Shown here in pieces: positions 59,201 to 64,000 of a stretch of 64,000 nucleotides of DNA. Below the pieces are notes generated by a model, which did no database searches, was not told the DNA's origin, and saw only the letters and a program-made list of their open reading frames with translations. Both the position numbers and the translations under genes were made by a program. Position 1 is the stretch's first letter. Each line of letters starts with the position of its first letter. Origin of the DNA: an uncultured virus (IMG/VR IMGVR_UViG_3300000928_001655) (lineage: Duplodnaviria; Heunggongvirae; Uroviricota; Caudoviricetes); the IMG/VR virus record IMGVR_UViG_3300000928_001655; one strand, 5' to 3'.

Positions 59201-60176
59201 CGGTATCCAAGGTGGATTTGGTGTTGGTGTCCGTGGTAACCAAGGTACTCAAGGTACACAGGGTGTGCAGGGTCTCCAAGGTGGTAACGGTGGTGGCGGT
59301 GGACAAGGTGTCCAAGGTTATCAAGGTCCGCAGGGTATTCAAGGTGAAACAGGTGCAGATAGTACTGCGCAAGGTTTCCAAGGTCCTCAAGGTACACAAG
59401 GTCCTACTTCACAGGGTACTTTAGGTACACAGGGTGTCCAAGGTCCGCAAGGAACACAGGGTGTTCAAGGTACGGCGGGTACTGGTGAAGGTGGTGTACA
59501 GGGTGTTCAAGGATACCAAGGTGTACAAGGTGATAATGGTTTCCAAGGACCCGCAGGTACTGGGGAAGATGGTTTCCAAGGATTTAGAGGTTTCCAAGGT
59601 GGAGCAGGTGAAAGTCTGCAAGGACCTGCAGGTTCAGGTGCGCAAGGTGAACAAGGTTACCAAGGTGTGCAAGGTGGGCCAGGATCTCAAGGTGGTGTCG
59701 GTGTAGGACCTTCTGGTGTACAGGGTGTCCAAGGTTTCCAAGGTGTCCAAGGTGATATTGGTATCCAAGGGGATCAGGGTGACTTCGTTCAAGGTAGTGC
59801 AGGTTTCCAAGGTGAAACAGGTAGTATTGGTCTACAGGGTGGTGATGGTCTACAAGGACCAGCAGGGCCAGGTAACTCCGCTGTTACTTTAGATGTGAAT
59901 AACATTTATGGTACAGGTCTTGAATCATCAAACATGTTTGTCACATTCGTGCCTGGTGGTGCAGGTGGTAGAACAGTATATGCGACAACAGGTCCTAATA
60001 CTGGTTCACAACAGAACTTCTTCTACAATACCAATGCTGATACACTTTATCTAGAAAATATAACCGCTGATGGTAACCTATTTGCAGGAGGTGCGTTGAT
60101 TGGTTCACACCAAGATCCTTCGAACAGAACATTAATTATTAGGGATGCAGCGGGATCGGTTGTGTGGGGTACTTAA
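56271..60176 (+). CDS. Collagen-like (Gly-X-Gln) fibre protein with globular inserts including a cupredoxin-like domain
   Basis: Long GxQ triplet tracts; insert L.LLRGFTYTF...GHPFFI...YYQCSLHSGMVG. Confidence 0.88.
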   Translation: MSTRFKSFRGGTVTLGKGIPQAFPITLDPAPFEGSIVYADNGEMRYSDGTNWLNMGTGPQGTTGFQGADGTQGAQGLQGDYGPGFTIIGSVADVDAGGDPQATLNTAFPSASVGEGVIDDTDEELWIYDGVNWINIGTFRGVQGFQGVQGVQGTQGDLGQKGVQGFRGFRGFQGLQGVQGTQGFQGIQGYKGNQGIQGAQGTQGLQGDQGTQGVQGPQGPQGLQGLQGPQGPQGLQGDQGVQGTDGAFAGQGVQGTQGLQGDQGVQGTQGVQGPQASQGVQGTQGWQGEAIQGIQGLQGPQGLQGLQGPQGLQGDQGTQGVQGGQGPQGTQGGTGSTGLQGLQGTQGVQGVQGFQGVQGFDGTYGGLTFEWELNPISGDAFPGVGKFGLVDGTVASSGVVSNIDKIWFDDKPYDSNRRIDDLFNYIDRVNGSPKGEIVIQTPRDSATNDFEFLVFSILDWTWAQGGEDNGWFDVEFIEKSLLGAAGANTNSWLDTTARYGDVAIVSFNPTGPVGATGTQGTTGIQGDLGNQGVQGGQGIQGVQGPQGFQGFQGIQGEAIQGVQGTQGFQGIQGYQGFQGIQGQEGSRVFEVTNVGNIAYQIDGVNNPSLQLLRGFTYTFDVSATGHPFFIKTAPGTGTGNQYNSGVTNNGAQNGLITFRVPFNAPDLLYYQCSLHSGMVGLLNISDLGPQGPQGPQGTQGIQGIQGDSGSFGGASFDYTFEDTFTDSDPGVGKVKFNNNFLSSSTFMWIDERDDNFVNLDNYFTSLDTVIGLVKGQIKIMKKADPTFFAVFEYSDVTDKTGYWEFDVAYLGGSAAGFADDDDVIITFSRAGSTGAGTQGAQGTDGLQGGFGAQGIQGVQGISQQGTQGIQGIQGGDGAQGGTGSGTQGPQGVQGEAGAQGGIGFQGADGFGSQGVAGIQGERGFQGDIGEGGQGVQGPQGADGAQGLQGPQGPTSQGVGGGVGPIGPQGIQGVQGGGGIQGGFGVGVRGNQGTQGTQGVQGLQGGNGGGGGQGVQGYQGPQGIQGETGADSTAQGFQGPQGTQGPTSQGTLGTQGVQGPQGTQGVQGTAGTGEGGVQGVQGYQGVQGDNGFQGPAGTGEDGFQGFRGFQGGAGESLQGPAGSGAQGEQGYQGVQGGPGSQGGVGVGPSGVQGVQGFQGVQGDIGIQGDQGDFVQGSAGFQGETGSIGLQGGDGLQGPAGPGNSAVTLDVNNIYGTGLESSNMFVTFVPGGAGGRTVYATTGPNTGSQQNFFYNTNADTLYLENITADGNLFAGGALIGSHQDPSNRTLIIRDAAGSVVWGT

Positions 60177-60193
60177 TTGCTCTGAGATCATTA

Positions 60194-60201
60194 TATAAAT
60201 A
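60194..60201 (+). promoter_or_regulatory. T4-type late promoter
   Basis: Intergenic TATAAATA. Confidence 0.75.
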
Positions 60202-60222
60202 AAAAGAAAAAAGAGTAATCGT

Positions 60223-60561
60223 ATGGCCTCTCAAGCAAATATTTACATAGACAAAGGTTCAGATTTTCGTGTCGAATTAAATTTATTCGACGGCGACGAG
60301 GATGCTTTACCCATCACTGTTCTAGATTTTTTTGCGGATATTCGTAAAGTTTATTCAGAAGGCAATCCCCTTACAAGTTTCACAGTAGAAAAGAGCACTC
60401 AGATTGCAGGGTTAATTACACTTGTATTAACTGACACGCAAACTAGAGCACTCAAGCCAGGTAAATATCAATATGATGTACTAATGCGAAAACAATCTGG
60501 GGAAATGTCTAAGATACTTGAAGGACTTGCTTTTGTCGTAGATACAGTAACAGAGGTTTAG
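60223..60561 (+). CDS. Small virion structural protein (Ig/BppU-N-like)
   Basis: ANIYIDKGSDF, DIRKVYS, ITLVLTDTQT.ALKPGKYQYDV and ILEG. Confidence 0.75.
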   Translation: MASQANIYIDKGSDFRVELNLFDGDEDALPITVLDFFADIRKVYSEGNPLTSFTVEKSTQIAGLITLVLTDTQTRALKPGKYQYDVLMRKQSGEMSKILEGLAFVVDTVTEV

Positions 60562-60565
60562 GCGC

Positions 60566-63500
60566 ATGGCAATTAAAGTCGTAATAGGAAGTGCACCAGA
60601 AAGAACGGTAACAACCGTACTAGAAGGTGAACAAAAACCTCTCATCACACCAGATTCCGTAACTCTTGGTGTTGATACTGTAGGTCCTTACGTTGCAACT
60701 CTATCATCGGGTAATGGTGTTATATTATTCCCAGATGATGCGAATACACGCAACATTGAAACAGCAAACATCACTATCGTTCACGCAAACACATCTTCTG
60801 GTGTGTCCTCGAATAATGACGTACTGCAATTCGTAAGAAATGTAGAGATCGATCAGTTCGGTCACGTTACAGTATTCGCAAGTACAGAATTCAATTCAGA
60901 TCAGTTCTATGCAAGTAATGGTGTCATTTTCACAAATGATATCACTATTGGTAATACAGTTATTGGTAATAACGAATCAACTCTTGATCTAGCAGGTTTG
61001 ACTTCCCTTATCGTTGGTGAATTAACTCTTGCAAACAATACTATTGCAACAGGTGAAAACCTCACATTTGAAACTGGTGCAAATGGTTTCATATCAGTTG
61101 CCACTGCACGTATCTCTGATCTTGCAGATCCAATTTTCAATCAAGATGCAGTTTCAAAATCCTATGTTGACAATGCAATTGATGGTTTGGAACAAGGTCT
61201 TTTGTTCGTTGCGGACCCTCAAGGGCCAAATGATGCAACCAACAAACGGTATGTTGACAATCTTGTACAAGGTCTTAATGTCAAACCGTCTGCACTAGCT
61301 GCAACAACTTCAGATCTCTTAGGTACATTCAACTCTGCAAACAATACTCTTGTTCTTCCTGCATATGGCACGATGAACATTGACGGAGTTACGACTTGGG
61401 GAATTGGTGATCAGGTACTTGTTAAAGATCAGACTAATCCTGCAGAGAACGGTTCTTATGACGTTATCATGTTGGGTAACGATTTCCTTCCATGGGTACT
61501 AAAAAGATCTGATTACTCCAATGAGAGTGCAGAGATCCCAGGCTCATTCGAGTTTGTTACTGATGGTACAGTAAATGGCAACAAAGCGTTCGTTGCGACA
61601 GTTGTTGATGCAGAATCATACAACATTAACCAAGACGCAGTTACATGGACACAGTTCTTTGGTGAAGGAAACTTTACTGCAGGGAAAGATATCACCCTTG
61701 TGGGTGGACGTGAGTTTAATCTCAACTCAAATGCATCATTCGATACTATCACGAGTTTGGATTTAGAGACATTAACAATTGTTTCTAACACAGTATTCAT
61801 CGATTCAGAAGGTGCACTTATCCTTCCAGTAGGATCTTCAGACGATAGACCTAATAATATTAGAGGTATGGTTCGTTACAACACAACGGACAATCAGTTT
61901 GAAGGATATGATGGTGCGGCATGGTCTGGACTAGGTGGAGTGATCGATGGAGATCAAGACACAAAGATCATCGCAGAAGATTCTGCAGGCGCAGACAACG
62001 ATCAACTTAAATTTATCACTGGTGATGTTAATAGACTGACAATAGATCAGTATGGTATCCTTGCAAATACAGATATCAACATTGACACAACTGGTGCATT
62101 AACACTTCCAGATGGTACATCTGCCCAACGTGATGCACTCGTTACGCTCCGTAGAGGTATGATTCGTTACAATACTTCAGACGATCAGTTCGAAGGTTAT
62201 AACGGAAACAATTGGCAAGGTCTCGGTGGCGTTGTTGATGTTGACCAAGATACAAGAATTACTGCAGAGTATGCGCCTGGTGGAGATCAAGACGAACTGA
62301 ACTTCTATGCAGGTGGAAACCACGTAGCTCAGTTCTATGCAAACAAAGATGTATACTTCTACGGTAACATGGATATCGCAGGTAACGTTGTTATCGGTGG
62401 TAATATCAAACTTGGTGACAACGAAGTCGATAGTATCGAAGTCGTTGCCGACTTCACAAGTAACTTGTTACCTAATGATAATGACACATACATGCTTGGT
62501 GGTACTGGTAAGAACTGGTATAAACTATTTGCAGGTAGAATTGGACATGACAGTAATGTCGTAATCATTGAAACAGAAGGTGCGTTAACTCTTCCAGTTG
62601 GTACAACTGCACAGAGACCACCATCTTTTGAAGGTCAAATTCGTTTTAACACTGACGACAGTCGATTTGAAGGTTATGATGGAAACATCTGGGCAGGTCT
62701 TGCAGGATCTGTTATTGACGTTGATCAGGATACAAAGATCACTGCAGAGTCTTCACCTAATGCAGACAATGATGAACTACAGTTCTTCACTTCAGGTGAT
62801 CTAAGACTTACTATTACAGATGATGGTATTCTTCAATGGCCAGCAGGAAACAATGCATTCTTAACAGTGCCTGGTGGTTTTCTTAATGTTGGCAATGCCA
62901 TTATAACAAATCTACAAGACCCTGTCAATGACCAAGATGCAGTTACGAAGTTTTATTTGGAACAGGGTGGCTTTGCGAGCACACTTACACTTAAAGATAG
63001 TGCAAATACTCACTTAGTTGCACTCTTAAAAGATCCAGTCGTCACTGTTGGTCGTGGTCTAGAGATCCAGAACGCAAATACAACTGCATTTGAACTCGCA
63101 ATGGATGAAACAGGTGTCCAACCAGGCGTTTATGGTAACGATGGTCAGGTTCCTAGAGTTCGAATCGGTACTGATGGACGTGTCGACTTTGCGACAGAAG
63201 TTCCAATCGAAATCGTTGCGAACGGTATTCCAAACTTTACAGAGGTGTCTATGGACATCACTGGTTTGATGTTCAGAGATGGTACACACACTGGTGTATA
63301 TGTCCTCTATGACGATGCCGCAAACACAATTAATATTAGTCATAACACATCTCCTATCACAAACACTGAGTTTGAAGAGGGAGAGATGATCCAGAACTTG
63401 AAGTTCGACGATTTTGGTCATGTTACTGTTCTCGAATCTGCAAACACCGATGGGATTTACTTACGTCTTGATGGTGCAGTACATGCCGCCAATACAATTG

Positions 63501-64000
63501 CTGCCCCAAGGTTCGCAGACTCTGCAAATACAGATTACTATATTGAACCAGAGGGTACTTCAAGAATCAATAACTTGATCTTGGGTTACGACAAATCACT
63601 TTCATTCATCGAAATGTCAGATGGTCCTCTTCCAACAGATAAGTCATTCATATATTCAACTGGTGGAGAGATTGGGTTTGTTAACGACTCACTCAACTTC
63701 TTTGCGAAAGCAAACAGATCTTCTGGTGACTTTACAGTTCTAGGTAACTTGATTGCAGGTGGTTTCGCAGACTCACAAGATACGAGTTTCGTTGTTAACC
63801 CTGCCGCACTTACTAACCTTAATGATTTAGAAACAGATACTGCATGGGTTGGATACAACCTCTTCTTGACATCCACTGGTATCGTTGCAAACAATGGTAT
63901 CGTTGAATTTGGTGGATCTAAACTTCGTAACGTTGGTATTCCAGTTGAAGTTCATGATGCAGTAACACTTGGGTTTATGCAAGCTGCAATCCAAGGTGGT
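60566..64000 (+). CDS. Long tail-fibre-like protein, 3' truncated (absent from ORF track)
   Basis: ATG at 60566 (MAIKVVIGSAPE...); the same frame reads VTLGFMQAAIQGG at the window end. Contains DAVxKxYVD neck motifs and three GALxLPxG...RYNT...FEGY.G..W.GL...DxDQDTKI repeats. Confidence 0.85.
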   Translation, partial: MAIKVVIGSAPERTVTTVLEGEQKPLITPDSVTLGVDTVGPYVATLSSGNGVILFPDDANTRNIETANITIVHANTSSGVSSNNDVLQFVRNVEIDQFGHVTVFASTEFNSDQFYASNGVIFTNDITIGNTVIGNNESTLDLAGLTSLIVGELTLANNTIATGENLTFETGANGFISVATARISDLADPIFNQDAVSKSYVDNAIDGLEQGLLFVADPQGPNDATNKRYVDNLVQGLNVKPSALAATTSDLLGTFNSANNTLVLPAYGTMNIDGVTTWGIGDQVLVKDQTNPAENGSYDVIMLGNDFLPWVLKRSDYSNESAEIPGSFEFVTDGTVNGNKAFVATVVDAESYNINQDAVTWTQFFGEGNFTAGKDITLVGGREFNLNSNASFDTITSLDLETLTIVSNTVFIDSEGALILPVGSSDDRPNNIRGMVRYNTTDNQFEGYDGAAWSGLGGVIDGDQDTKIIAEDSAGADNDQLKFITGDVNRLTIDQYGILANTDINIDTTGALTLPDGTSAQRDALVTLRRGMIRYNTSDDQFEGYNGNNWQGLGGVVDVDQDTRITAEYAPGGDQDELNFYAGGNHVAQFYANKDVYFYGNMDIAGNVVIGGNIKLGDNEVDSIEVVADFTSNLLPNDNDTYMLGGTGKNWYKLFAGRIGHDSNVVIIETEGALTLPVGTTAQRPPSFEGQIRFNTDDSRFEGYDGNIWAGLAGSVIDVDQDTKITAESSPNADNDELQFFTSGDLRLTITDDGILQWPAGNNAFLTVPGGFLNVGNAIITNLQDPVNDQDAVTKFYLEQGGFASTLTLKDSANTHLVALLKDPVVTVGRGLEIQNANTTAFELAMDETGVQPGVYGNDGQVPRVRIGTDGRVDFATEVPIEIVANGIPNFTEVSMDITGLMFRDGTHTGVYVLYDDAANTINISHNTSPITNTEFEEGEMIQNLKFDDFGHVTVLESANTDGIYLRLDGAVHAANTIAAPRFADSANTDYYIEPEGTSRINNLILGYDKSLSFIEMSDGPLPTDKSFIYSTGGEIGFVNDSLNFFAKANRSSGDFTVLGNLIAGGFADSQDTSFVVNPAALTNLNDLETDTAWVGYNLFLTSTGIVANNGIVEFGGSKLRNVGIPVEVHDAVTLGFMQAAIQGG

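Noticed and set aside
56690..59870. Highly periodic CAAGGT repeats as a CRISPR array or satellite, and the long alternative-frame ORFs there
   Set aside because: The periodicity is explained by Gly-X-Gln codons. There is no constant repeat with unique spacers, and the shadow ORFs are low-complexity by-products.
61810..62810. Repeated segments as a diversity-generating retroelement template/variable pair
   Set aside because: Similarity is at the protein level with synonymous divergence, no adenine-specific pattern was evident, and no reverse transcriptase is in the window.
1..64000. tRNA, rRNA, integrase or transposase genes
   Set aside because: None were recognised by eye in the short intergenic spaces; a tRNAscan/Infernal run would be needed to exclude them formally.

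Overview
This is a 64 kb segment of a large T4-like myovirus genome. The host is most likely a marine alphaproteobacterium, inferred from a DUF1127 gene and a ROSE-like element. Bases 1-13 kb hold the replication module (3' part of gp43 polymerase, gp45, gp44, gp62, regA), interrupted by an accessory block: two MazG-like proteins, Dam, a sulfotransferase-like protein, a ParB-like protein, a GT-A-like protein, a cytidylyltransferase and a UDP-glucose dehydrogenase. Bases 13-15.9 kb form a host-like stress/phosphate island (Hsp20 with a ROSE-like thermometer, a PiT-like transporter, three DUF1127/DUF1127-like small proteins) rich in structured non-coding elements. Bases 15.9-21.1 kb are a minus-strand tail/head-completion operon (gp4, gp2, gp54-like, gp26/gp51, tape-measure-like). 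Bases 21.1-64 kb are a plus-strand baseplate/fibre region (gp48, split gp53, gp27-like, lysozyme-less gp5, M15 peptidase, gp25, gp6, gp7-like, S8 protease, gp8, VrlC-like, a ~3800 aa repeat protein, a collagen-like fibre and a truncated fibre). The strongest unexplained signal is a complete -1 programmed ribosomal frameshift cassette joining the gp26-like gene to a start-less gp51-like tail directly upstream of the tape-measure-like gene, resembling the lambda G/GT arrangement. All family calls come from motif recognition by eye; no database searches were run.
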